Assembly (NCBI GenBank): GCA_902793005.1
Contig: CADBBQ010000005.1
Coordinates: 1-61,532 of the forward strand
DNA: 61,532 bases
DNA from: an uncultured Pseudomonadota bacterium
Lineage (GTDB): Bacteria > Pseudomonadota > Alphaproteobacteria > Rs-D84
Direction of reading: 5' to 3'
Position numbers and translations under genes: made by a program. Below the pieces are notes generated by a model. The model ran no database searches. It was not told the origin of the DNA and was given only the letters and a program-made list of their open reading frames with translations. Positions 36,391-45,381 of this stretch are shown here, in pieces (the stretch's first letter is position 1; the number at the start of each line of letters is the position of its first letter).

Positions 36391-38361
36391 ATGGCCTTTT
36401 TTCGTGCGATTTTTTGTGGTGTGTTTTGTGCGCTGATGTCGTTGCCCGCGGTTGCTGATGGGGTGGCAAATGGTAAATCTGTGTCGTCTGTGGATCCTCG
36501 TAAGCTTGTTGATTGGTCGGATTATAAACAAATTGTTCATATACAGGGATTTGTTTCTGGTGATGAAAATGGTGTGTTTAGTGCCTGTACGGGTCAATAT
36601 GTTTCACCAAATTTAATTTTAACCGCTGCGCATTGTATAATGAATAGCAGAGGAGATATGTATAAAGGAATTAATGTGGTGACGTACGCGGGCAAGAAGT
36701 GTGCAGCACAACAAGCGTTTTGGGTTGGTAATTATCTGACTGCGGACTATGATTTTCCATACGATTTTGCCGTTCTTGAAGTAGAACCGGAATGTTATTC
36801 GTCAATAAATTACAAAATAGAAGTTTCAGATATAGATAAAGATATTGATGTTTATAATGTTGGTTTTGGGTCTTTGACAATATTATCAGATGCCGAGATA
36901 AAAAAGTTGAGGGATAAATTTAAGAATTTGCCACCTGAAAGTCAGACAAATGCAGGTATAGTTGAACAAGAATTTACATCTGTGTTGGGAAGACCGATAA
37001 GGGATGTTTTTGATAATCATAAATTAAAATTGGATGCAAGGTGTTCTGGATACAGACAGCAATCGGATAATGTGTTCTATACAAATTGTTATGATTGGAA
37101 CGGTAATTCTGGGGGACCGATTGTTCAAAGGGGAACAAATAATTTGATTGGTGTTATGGCTGGTTCTAATAATAGCAATTACGAAAATATAGGTACAGAT
37201 GAAGAGTTTGTATCTGGTGGTGCATCGACATTTGTTTTTGAAAAATGGTTGTCAGAAAAAATAAAGGATTATCCGCCCACCCAAAATGGGGTTGTTGATA
37301 ATTCGTCCCAAAAGGGTAATGGTGATAATAATACAATGACAATTACAAATATTGAACGTGCACCTGGGTTGAATGTATGGGATGGTCCGGCAATAGTAAA
37401 AAAAGGAGAAGGTGTTCCGGTACCTGAAATACCAACTGAAATCCCTGGTGCAGAAACAAGGGAAGTAGTAGAGCTGGAAAAGACGCCTGGTTTGAGTGTG
37501 GATGATATTATAATGAGTATGAATACATCATCAGGGGCACCGACAATAGGACATATGGATTACAGATCGAATTATACACCGGATTGGAGTGCTTTTGTTG
37601 AAGAAGTGGAAGAAGAAAAAGAAGAAAGGCAACAAGAGTTGAATACTTTTGTTAACAAGGAACAAACTACGGATAAAGAATTTGTTTATGGTGTTTTGGA
37701 AAATGTAATCGAGATAAACAGATTGTCAAAACTGGAAGAGGATTATAAAAAAGCCAAGGAACGCGAAACATCTGTGGCAAATCGTATGTTAAGTGGGGCG
37801 ACGATTGCGGCGACGGGATTGGGTGGTATGGAACTGGCGCGGGGAATCGCCGAACAATCGGTGGATCGTGATGCGGCGGCGGATATGGCGGCATATATGG
37901 CGACGTTCCAATGCAAAATTGGTGACAATGGTAATAAAGTAAATGGTGGCGATATGGGTATTACGACACCCGGCGCGAACCAGTTGATAAATTTGTATCA
38001 ATCTTATGTTGATTTGGCGGCGAGTGTAAAGGCGCGCAAGGCGGATTTGGGGTTGCGACCTGGAATCGAGGCGGATGTTGTGTTGGATAAATCGGCAACG
38101 GGTTTATATGACGACAAAGGAAATGGTGTTCAAAATGGAACATATGCGTCGCTGTATCGTGCGGCCCGGGGGAATCAATCCGATATTGATAAATTGGCGG
38201 AACAATCCGATGCGTCCACCAATCGCGTTCAAATTGGTGGCACGGCGGCGGGCGTGGGTGCCGTTGGTGGTGCGGTTGGAAATGTTTTGATAAATAAAGA
38301 TGGGGTAAATCCTGACCAGAATATTTTACAACAGGCCGCTGGATTGTTTTTAGGGAAATAA
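36391..38361 (+). CDS. Exported trypsin-like serine protease with long C-terminal glycine-zipper region
   Basis: 656 aa from ATG 36391. The extended -10 TGATATAAT at 36357-36365 excludes the 36367 ATG. Signal peptide MAFFRAIFCGVFCALMSLPAVA. Catalytic motifs LTAAHC, DFAVLEV and GNSGGPIV. The C-terminus has ATGLGGMELARG and GGTAAGVGAVGGAVG. Confidence 0.8.
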   Translation: MAFFRAIFCGVFCALMSLPAVADGVANGKSVSSVDPRKLVDWSDYKQIVHIQGFVSGDENGVFSACTGQYVSPNLILTAAHCIMNSRGDMYKGINVVTYAGKKCAAQQAFWVGNYLTADYDFPYDFAVLEVEPECYSSINYKIEVSDIDKDIDVYNVGFGSLTILSDAEIKKLRDKFKNLPPESQTNAGIVEQEFTSVLGRPIRDVFDNHKLKLDARCSGYRQQSDNVFYTNCYDWNGNSGGPIVQRGTNNLIGVMAGSNNSNYENIGTDEEFVSGGASTFVFEKWLSEKIKDYPPTQNGVVDNSSQKGNGDNNTMTITNIERAPGLNVWDGPAIVKKGEGVPVPEIPTEIPGAETREVVELEKTPGLSVDDIIMSMNTSSGAPTIGHMDYRSNYTPDWSAFVEEVEEEKEERQQELNTFVNKEQTTDKEFVYGVLENVIEINRLSKLEEDYKKAKERETSVANRMLSGATIAATGLGGMELARGIAEQSVDRDAAADMAAYMATFQCKIGDNGNKVNGGDMGITTPGANQLINLYQSYVDLAASVKARKADLGLRPGIEADVVLDKSATGLYDDKGNGVQNGTYASLYRAARGNQSDIDKLAEQSDASTNRVQIGGTAAGVGAVGGAVGNVLINKDGVNPDQNILQQAAGLFLGK

Positions 38362-38392
38362 AAAACTCCGTCATTTGGACGGAGTTTTTTTG
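38362..38392. terminator. Bidirectional terminator hairpin
   Basis: AAAAACTCCGTC-ATTTG-GACGGAGTTTTTTT. Confidence 0.8.
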
Positions 38393-38399
38393 TCTTTTA

Positions 38400-39641
38400 T
38401 TATTTTGACAATTTGTGGATGACCAAACCACTGCGTAATTTTGGTTCAAACCAAGTTGTTTTTGGTGGCATAATGTTGCCTGTGTCGGCGATGTCAATGA
38501 TTTGTTTCATTGTCACCGGATACAATGCAAATGCCGCAACCATTTCGCCGGAATCAACGCGCTTTTGCAATTCGCCAAGGCCACGAATTCCACCAACAAA
38601 ATCAATTCTGTTTGATGTGCGCAGGTCCCCTAGGTTCAAAATTTTATCAAATACCAAATTCGACAAAACCGTCACATCCAAAACGCCAATTGGGTCGTTG
38701 TCATTGTACGTGCCGGGACGCGCGGTCAATGAATACCAATGTCCACCCAAATACATTCCAAAGTTATGTAATGCGTTTGGTTTGTAAATTGATGTACCCA
38801 TATCGCGGACTTCGAAAGATTCATTTAATTTTGCCAAAAATTCAGATTCTGACAAACCGTTCAAATCTTTGACAACGCGGTTGTAATCAATCACGTGTAA
38901 TTGGGATGCCGGGAAAATCACCGCCAAGAAATAATTGTATTCTTCTGTACCGGTGTGATTTGGATTTTGTTCGCGTTTTTCGGCGCCAACGCGTGCCGCC
39001 GCGGCGGTTCTGTGGTGACCGTCGGCAACATACATCGCCGGAATATTTTTGAATATTTCGGTAATGCGTGCGTTTGTCGCGTCGTCGTCAATTTTCCAAA
39101 ATGTATGACCAAAACCATCGGCCGCCACAAAGTCATATTCAGGCGCGTGATTTTTTACCCAATCGGCAACAAGAGAGTTCATTTCATCTACATCCGGATA
39201 TGCAAAGAACACAGGTTCCAAATTTGCGTCCTGGATACGAACGTGAATCATACGGTCGTCTTCTTTTTCCTTGCGTGTTAATTCGTGTTTTTTAATTTTG
39301 CCGGTCATATAATCATCGACATTTGCCGCCGCAACCAAACCGTATTGTGTGCGACCATCCATTGTTTGTGCATAGATGTAATACATTTCTTTGTCATCTT
39401 GGACCAGCCAGCCATTTGATTGCCATTTTTTGAAATTTTCAACGGCTTTGTCATAAGTTCTTTGTTCGTGTTCGCCGGCAATTGGGTCAAAATCAATTTC
39501 AGGTTTGATAATGTGCAATAATGATTTTTCGCCAGCCTCGGCCTTGGCTTCGACAGAGTTCAAAACATCGTATGGACGGGATGCCACTTCGGTTGCAAAT
39601 TCACGTGGTGGACGAACGCCCGCAAATGGTTTTATTTTCAT
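38400..39641 (-). CDS. DUF1015-family protein
   Basis: 413 aa. MKIKPFAGVRP......RPYDV near the N-terminus and the ADGHHR motif (MYVADGHHRTAAA). Confidence 0.8.
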   Translation of the reverse strand: MKIKPFAGVRPPREFATEVASRPYDVLNSVEAKAEAGEKSLLHIIKPEIDFDPIAGEHEQRTYDKAVENFKKWQSNGWLVQDDKEMYYIYAQTMDGRTQYGLVAAANVDDYMTGKIKKHELTRKEKEDDRMIHVRIQDANLEPVFFAYPDVDEMNSLVADWVKNHAPEYDFVAADGFGHTFWKIDDDATNARITEIFKNIPAMYVADGHHRTAAAARVGAEKREQNPNHTGTEEYNYFLAVIFPASQLHVIDYNRVVKDLNGLSESEFLAKLNESFEVRDMGTSIYKPNALHNFGMYLGGHWYSLTARPGTYNDNDPIGVLDVTVLSNLVFDKILNLGDLRTSNRIDFVGGIRGLGELQKRVDSGEMVAAFALYPVTMKQIIDIADTGNIMPPKTTWFEPKLRSGLVIHKLSK

Positions 39642-39708
39642 TATGATTACTCCTTTTGATAAAAATCGGTGATTTGATTATACTCACCCTTTTTACAAAA
39701 GGCAAATC

Positions 39709-40767
39709 TTATTCGTTATTTATTTGAACCGGGATTATGGTTTCGCGTTTGGTATCGTCCAGTGGGGCAAACTGGAATGGGACGGTTTCAAAATTGATTG
39801 CGTTCATATCTATTTTGCGGATGGTGCGGTTATACATTGTGTGATAATAAATTACTTTGTTTTTCAAATCAGTCGCAATCGTCCATTGGGTGGCAGACGG
39901 CATATTTGTTTTTGTATCAAATATCGGCACATCCAGATTGTTTAGTATATGAAATGCAATTGGAACGGTGGATTCGGTGCTTGGTTGTTGTGGTGCAAAA
40001 TTACCCAAGAAAGCCGCACGAACAAAACGCGACGGGGATGAAAAATCACCCGGCAGGCCCAGCAGCCCCGTTCCGCCACTGAAAGATGTCAGGGTGTCTG
40101 GCCCCAATTTTAATGGCTTGGCGGTGTCGGCGCGTAAATTTACATAATTGTTCAGGTTCGTCAATTGCCAATCAAATCTGGGCGCGTTTGCAATTACACC
40201 GATTTCGTCTTCGTGAAATACCGGTTCGCCGTTGATTATTTCCATAACAACCACGCGGCCGGACGCTTCGGTTATGCGCCAATGTGCGGTTGAAGAGTTG
40301 GGGTAAATGTTTATCACGCGAATGTTGTTTATGTTGTTGCGGACTTCGTCAATGGTTGCAAAATTCGATAATATCCACGACACAACTTGCAGGTCGGCGA
40401 CAGATGTGTTGCGTGCGGCTTCGTCATATTTTTGGTATTCACCGTAATCGGGGAAATAAAATAAGCCCGCGTTCAGGCCGGCCTCGTTCGTGCCGTCAAC
40501 AACGAATTCTGGGCGTTCAGGGCCCAATCCCACAAATCCATATTTTGCGACAAATGTCATTCCGTTTTGTGTTCCGTCTGGCAACAGTGAACGCGATACA
40601 TATCCGCGCGGAACAACGGTGTAAATGTTATTTGTGGCGGATTCTGCCCAATCGATTGTGCGGGCGGAAACCGTACCGCCGTCGCGTGCGTGCAGAGTGA
40701 CGCCGGTGCAGGCAATGGCGGGTGTGGACATTATAAATACACAAAAAATGTAGATAAATTTTTTCAT
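39709..40767 (-). CDS. Choloylglycine hydrolase-family Ntn-hydrolase (linear amide C-N hydrolase)
   Basis: 352 aa from ATG 40767, with GGAG upstream. Signal peptide followed by the nucleophile Cys (..PAIA-CTGVTLHARDGG..ARTIDW). Confidence 0.8.
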   Translation of the reverse strand: MKKFIYIFCVFIMSTPAIACTGVTLHARDGGTVSARTIDWAESATNNIYTVVPRGYVSRSLLPDGTQNGMTFVAKYGFVGLGPERPEFVVDGTNEAGLNAGLFYFPDYGEYQKYDEAARNTSVADLQVVSWILSNFATIDEVRNNINNIRVINIYPNSSTAHWRITEASGRVVVMEIINGEPVFHEDEIGVIANAPRFDWQLTNLNNYVNLRADTAKPLKLGPDTLTSFSGGTGLLGLPGDFSSPSRFVRAAFLGNFAPQQPSTESTVPIAFHILNNLDVPIFDTKTNMPSATQWTIATDLKNKVIYYHTMYNRTIRKIDMNAINFETVPFQFAPLDDTKRETIIPVQINNE

Positions 40768-40882
40768 ATGTGGGCTCCGTTGGTTGTTATATATTGTGTC
40801 AAAAATCGGATTTCCCCGACATAGGTTAGATTTCCATAAAAACACCGCCCAGCGGCGGTGTTGTTTTTGAAATAATTTTTTA

Positions 40883-41158
40883 TTAAAACTTTGTTTTGAT
40901 AAATGCAATAAATTGTTTTAATTCAATCCATGTGTCGGATATAAAACTGTCAATCATATTGTGGCCGTGTAATGTGCCGGCATATCGATAACAATAATAT
41001 GCCAAAACCGCAAATAACAAAGTGCATAAAATGCGGAGCAGGGTTGATGTACCGCCCATAATCCCGTGTATCATACATCTGATACCAACCACCGCGCATA
41101 CGAACGCCAATACATACATAACGGTTGAAGAATTTAAAATAATTGAAAAAATTTCCAT
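40883..41158 (-). CDS. Small membrane protein of unknown function
   Basis: 91 aa with 2-3 hydrophobic segments. Confidence 0.45.
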   Translation of the reverse strand: MEIFSIILNSSTVMYVLAFVCAVVGIRCMIHGIMGGTSTLLRILCTLLFAVLAYYCYRYAGTLHGHNMIDSFISDTWIELKQFIAFIKTKF

Positions 41159-41292
41159 ATGTGTTTCCTTTGATTAATAGATATGTATATGATATCACAA
41201 ATGCACTTTTTATACAAAGGTTTTGTTGGTGCGACGGGACACAAAAAATAATTTGCAAAACAGATATAATCGATTATAATGCAGGGCGTCAT

Positions 41293-41366
41293 TGGGGCAT
41301 AGTTTAATGGTAGAACATCGGACTCTGACTCCGCTAGTGTTGGTTCGAATCCAGCTGCCCCAACCA
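41293..41366 (+). tRNA. tRNA-Gln (anticodon CTG)
   Basis: TGGGGCA..GTTTAATGGTAGAAC..ACTCTGACT..GTTGGTTCGAATCCAGC-TGCCCCA-A-CCA. U1:A72 pair. Promoter TTTGCA-17-TATAAT upstream. Confidence 0.9.
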
Positions 41367-41780
41367 CCCTTCGCATCTGCGATGCTATGGGTGGCAGGCC
41401 ACCCGATGCAGAGCAGTGTAGGCGAAGGAGTGTCCACCGTAGCCTTGGCGTAGGCGGACAAGCAAATATGTTTTATGTTTATTTATTAAAAAGCATTTCC
41501 ACCCCAGAACAACGATATATTGGTCAAACTGATGATTTAAAAAAACGGTTAAAAGACCATAATTCCGGATATTCAATACATACGGCAAAATATAAACCTT
41601 GGGAATTGGTAAATTATTTTGCGTTTAGTTCTAAACAGGCCGCTTTGGATTTCGAAAAATACCTTAAAAGCGGTTCTGGTTATGTTTTTTCAAAACGACA
41701 TTTTTGGAAATAGTGTGCCGCGTGAGGAAATCCAGCTGCCCTTTCTTTTTTTTGATTTTTGTTATTGTGTATCGAGGCAC
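41362..41780 (+). mobile_element. Putative insertion into the tRNA-Gln 3' end (structured element plus GIY-YIG gene), flanked by partial tRNA 3'-end repeats
   Basis: AATCCAGCTGCCC of the tRNA (41348-41360) recurs at 41729-41741. CCAGCTGCCCC recurs at 41781-41791, just before a terminator at 41806-41835. Confidence 0.5.
41468..41713 (+). CDS. GIY-YIG nuclease-family small protein
   Basis: 81 aa. MFYVYLLKS..RYIGQTDDLKKRLKDHN (GIY..YIG..R..H.N pattern). The track ORF starts upstream, inside the conserved element. Confidence 0.8.
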   Translation: MFYVYLLKSISTPEQRYIGQTDDLKKRLKDHNSGYSIHTAKYKPWELVNYFAFSSKQAALDFEKYLKSGSGYVFSKRHFWK

Positions 41781-41805
41781 CCAGCTGCCCCCGTCCAAGA
41801 TAGAC

Positions 41806-41835
41806 AAGCCCGCCAACAAAGGCGGGTTTAATTTT
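41806..41835 (+). terminator. Rho-independent terminator (probably the original tRNA-Gln terminator)
   Basis: AAGCCCGCC-AACAAA-GGCGGGTTT followed by AATTTT. Confidence 0.65.
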
Positions 41836-41890
41836 GAAAAACCTCAAAAAATTGGCATTTTCGAACTCTTTGTGCTATAATTCCTATGCT

Positions 41891-42790
41891 ATGAATTTAC
41901 TGGGGGTCTTGGTCGCTTTTATCAGTCCTATGGCGCATGCGGTATCAAATATCTTTGATGCCTATGTGTCTGGCACAGTATTCAAGCGTATTCCAACGAC
42001 TATATTTTATGTAAATTTAACCAATATTCTGGGGATTATATGCCTGCCACTGTTTGGACCAATTCATTCTTTATCGTTGTCTGCGTGGCTGTTTGTGTTG
42101 TTGCTGGCCATCATAAATGTTGGATACCAGTTTCCGTATTATGCCGCACTGAATAAAACAGATACATCGGTGGTGGCGGCCCTGTTTCAATTGGAAAAGG
42201 TCTTTATACCATTGTGGGCTTTTTTGATTGTTGGCGAAGTTTTACATCCGGTTCAATATGCTGGCTTTGGTATCATAATTTTGTTTTCGTTGCTGCTGAA
42301 TATAAATCCAAAGGCGAATATAAAAATCAATACTGGGTTTTGGCTGATGTGCCTGACGGCGATAATACTGTCGTTTGATGGTGCTTTTTACAAAGCATTG
42401 TTGGGATATACCGATTGGGTGTCGGCGGCATTCTGGGTGGCGGTTATGTCTTTTGTTGTCCAATTCATGATGATATTCTATCGTCCGGTGCGCACCGATA
42501 TTGTTAAAAACTTTGGCAAATATCGCAAAAAGTTCGGTATGTTTTTGTTTGTGGAATTCTTTGATCAATTGGGTTCATTCAGTCCTATATTCGCATTATC
42601 GTTGATTCCGGTTTTGGTTGATTCCGGGATTGAATCAGTTCAGCCAATTTTTGTCGCACTTTATGGTCTAATACTGGCGCGATTTTTCGGCAAGCGATTC
42701 CACGAAGATATTTCACGCGGTGCAATGATTAAAAAGATAGTTTGTTTCGTTATGATTGGTGTCGGTGTAATGATGACATTGATATCATAG
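41891..42790 (+). CDS. EamA/DMT-superfamily transporter
   Basis: 299 aa from ATG 41891, about 10 TM segments. The extended -10 TGTGCTATAAT (41871-41881) lies 9 nt upstream, so the mRNA may be leaderless. The track start at 41834 lies inside the terminator. Confidence 0.7.
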   Translation: MNLLGVLVAFISPMAHAVSNIFDAYVSGTVFKRIPTTIFYVNLTNILGIICLPLFGPIHSLSLSAWLFVLLLAIINVGYQFPYYAALNKTDTSVVAALFQLEKVFIPLWAFLIVGEVLHPVQYAGFGIIILFSLLLNINPKANIKINTGFWLMCLTAIILSFDGAFYKALLGYTDWVSAAFWVAVMSFVVQFMMIFYRPVRTDIVKNFGKYRKKFGMFLFVEFFDQLGSFSPIFALSLIPVLVDSGIESVQPIFVALYGLILARFFGKRFHEDISRGAMIKKIVCFVMIGVGVMMTLIS

Positions 42791-42791
42791 G

Positions 42792-43337
42792 TTATCTATA
42801 AATATAAATTTTGCAAAAACAGGCGCGGCAATTTCTGCCTTTGTTCACGCAATACGGACAATATCCATGGTCGCGATAAAAAGATGTTCCCATATCGGCG
42901 AGCAACTCAAACGAACATTTGGAAAGCATTTTATATGAATTCACATCGCCGTTTTTTATTTCGCCCCATGCCTCGTAAATCACAGGATAATTGTGAATAT
43001 CTCTCAGGCAACTTTTTAACAGCATTGTGCCGATTCCTTGCCTTTGGTAATCTTGGCTAACAACCACATATAAAACGTCGCGGTGTTTACCTATATCCAG
43101 CGCATAATCGTTATCCGATTTGACTTCGCCGATGCCACATAATCCAACAACGGTTCCATTATCATCAATTGCGACCCGATAATAATCAACCGTATCTGTC
43201 AGTTCGGCAATGTTTCGGGCCATAACATCGTTATTCGCACCTTTGATAAGGTTGCAAGTTCCCAGGTTTTGCGTGATAAGTTCCGCCATCTGAGGGATAT
43301 GTGATTTATCTGCTTTTATGATTTTTATATTATTCAT
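42792..43337 (-). CDS. GNAT-family N-acetyltransferase with Cys-rich C-terminal tail
   Basis: 181 aa. The acetyl-CoA motif QRQGIGTMLL. Tail CPYCVNKGRNCRACFC. An alternative start is at 43358. Confidence 0.7.
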   Translation of the reverse strand: MNNIKIIKADKSHIPQMAELITQNLGTCNLIKGANNDVMARNIAELTDTVDYYRVAIDDNGTVVGLCGIGEVKSDNDYALDIGKHRDVLYVVVSQDYQRQGIGTMLLKSCLRDIHNYPVIYEAWGEIKNGDVNSYKMLSKCSFELLADMGTSFYRDHGYCPYCVNKGRNCRACFCKIYIYR

Positions 43338-43534
43338 TTCAAACGCTTTTACTAACATTATCAATCATATGCAAAAAAAACGCAAAAAATCAAGATGTTT
43401 AGCATAAATTCGGCAACCCAAGTTTATCTTTCAGATTCTTTATTTCTTTACCGATAGCTATTAAATCTTGATAGTAATCGGCTCGCGAATTGCGTGGGTG
43501 GGGGCGTGCGTGATGCAGGGTAATATTTTTTTTG

Positions 43535-43562
43535 TTGACAAAAGGATGTTTTGGGGTAAAAT
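43535..43562 (+). promoter_or_regulatory. Near-consensus sigma70 promoter reading antisense into the ccrM 3' end
   Basis: TTGACA-16 nt-TAAAAT. Downstream are CAGAGG and a 39-codon ORF (43594-43713), almost entirely antisense to ccrM. Confidence 0.35.
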
Positions 43563-43603
43563 CTGCCGGTGTAGAAAAAACAGAGGTTTTATTATGAAAA
43601 AAA

Positions 43604-44701
43604 CTAAAAATCCATATGTGTTGCTGGATGTGCCGATGGTTTGTTGCGCAAATCGTCGATTGGAACCAATGTGCCGTCGCGTTTTTGTGCCGACCAATAA
43701 TCCCATCCGTTGAAACTGACACTATGTTGGATGCGGGCCGCCATAACGTGGATTGATGCCTTGCCGTACAAGGTGTGTGCTAAATTCCCGTCGTGGGTTA
43801 TCATAACGCGTTCGCCACGTGGGCTGACCAATGTTTGCCCGACATACAGCAGGCCTGCCTCGATAAGTTCGCGGAATGCAACACGAACCTCGTCACGTTT
43901 GGGTTTGGCAACCTCGATATCAGATAAATCAATTGGTTGAACGGACGCCACGCGTTCGCGTGCGGCGGCAACATATGTTTCGTCGCGGTCAATGCCGATA
44001 AATTGCCGGCCCAATTCCTTGGCGGCGGCGGCGGTTGTGCCAGATCCCACAAATGGGTCCAATATTATGTCGCCCGGTTTGGTTGATGCCAAAATAACGC
44101 GGCGCAATAAATCCAGAGGCTTTTGCGTGTTGTGCAGGCTTTTGCCGTCGGCACCCTTAATCCGTTCGTGGCCCAGGCATATGTCCAAATTCCAATCGGA
44201 ACGCATTTGTTTGCCGCCGTTTAATTTTTTCATTGTTTCGTAATTAAATGTATATTTTCCGGTCTTGGTCGGCGTTGCCCAAATCAATGTTTCGTGTGCG
44301 TTGGTAAAACGTGTACCACGAAAGTTCGGCATTGGGTTTGTTTTTACCCAAACTATATCGTTTAAAATCCAAAAGCCCAGGTCTTGCATTATTGCGCCGA
44401 TTTGAAAAATGTTGTGGTATGAACCAATTGCCCACATTGCGCCGTTCGGTTTTAATATGCGTTTGCATTCACGCAGCCAATCTTGGCAAAATTGATAATA
44501 TTCCGCAGGACTGGTAAAAGAATCCCACGCGTCGCGCACGGCACGTGCGGCGGTTTGATCTTCGGGACGATAGAGTGTTTTTTCGCCCAATTGTAAATTA
44601 TATGGGGAATCTGCAAAAATCGCATCCACAGACGCGTCCGGCATTTTGCGCATTAATTCAATGCAATCGCCAGCCAAAATTTTGTTTAAAAATTTTTCCA
44701 T
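43604..44701 (-). CDS. ccrM: CcrM-type (beta-class) N6-adenine DNA methyltransferase
   Basis: 365 aa. The N-terminus ILAGDCIELMRKMPDASVDAIFADSPYNLQL (DSPY in place of canonical DPPY), NGAMWAIGSYHNIF, and FVGSGTTAAAAKELGRQFIGID. Confidence 0.9.
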   Translation of the reverse strand: MEKFLNKILAGDCIELMRKMPDASVDAIFADSPYNLQLGEKTLYRPEDQTAARAVRDAWDSFTSPAEYYQFCQDWLRECKRILKPNGAMWAIGSYHNIFQIGAIMQDLGFWILNDIVWVKTNPMPNFRGTRFTNAHETLIWATPTKTGKYTFNYETMKKLNGGKQMRSDWNLDICLGHERIKGADGKSLHNTQKPLDLLRRVILASTKPGDIILDPFVGSGTTAAAAKELGRQFIGIDRDETYVAAARERVASVQPIDLSDIEVAKPKRDEVRVAFRELIEAGLLYVGQTLVSPRGERVMITHDGNLAHTLYGKASIHVMAARIQHSVSFNGWDYWSAQKRDGTLVPIDDLRNKPSAHPATHMDF

Positions 44702-44879
44702 CTCTCTCTTTGGTCCCCTATGCGAGATATTATATCACATTTTCGGGTGCTTTTTTTTGTGTCGAAACGCATTTTTTGATAAAAAGGTCTTGATTTTTTT
44801 GAAAATTGCATTTTTTAAAATTTTGATGAAAAAAAATATGCTTTACAGTTTTGTTTTAGATTGCTAAATTTATATAGTT

Positions 44880-45380
44880 ATGAGATGTCCATACTGTAAT
44901 TCTACTGACTCTCGGGTGCTGGATTCCCGCCCCGATATCGAAGACGCGATAATTCGTCGTCGCCGTGTTTGCAACCAATGTGGTGCACGGTTTACAACGG
45001 TTGAACGCGTCCAAATGCGTGATTTGATGGTCCGAAAAAACAGTGGAAAACTGGAACCGTTTGACCGGGAAAAATTAACACGCAGTATCAAGTTGGCGTG
45101 CCGTAATCGTGATGTGGGGGATGAACAAATTGAAAAATTGGTGACGTCCATTCATCGTCGATTGGAAACAGAAAATGCCGATGAAACGGTGACGTCTGCG
45201 GCGGTTGGACAAATGGTGTCGGATTCTTTGTTGAATTTGGATCCGATTGCGTTTGTACGGTTTGTATCGGTATATCGCAAGTTTTCAAAAATTTCTGATT
45301 TCAAAAAAATTATTGACCAAATACCAGAGGACGAAGATAACGCAATCGTATGCAAATTGCCAAAAACATCGTTGTTTTAA
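44880..45380 (+). CDS. nrdR: Transcriptional repressor NrdR
   Basis: 166 aa. MRCPYCNSTDSRVLDSR..RRRR.C..CG.RFTT.E. Confidence 0.95.
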   Translation: MRCPYCNSTDSRVLDSRPDIEDAIIRRRRVCNQCGARFTTVERVQMRDLMVRKNSGKLEPFDREKLTRSIKLACRNRDVGDEQIEKLVTSIHRRLETENADETVTSAAVGQMVSDSLLNLDPIAFVRFVSVYRKFSKISDFKKIIDQIPEDEDNAIVCKLPKTSLF

Positions 45381-45381
45381 A

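Noticed and set aside
38413-39295. Several plus-strand ORFs of 72-126 aa
   Set aside because: All are antisense to the DUF1015 gene, and none has a motif or start signal.
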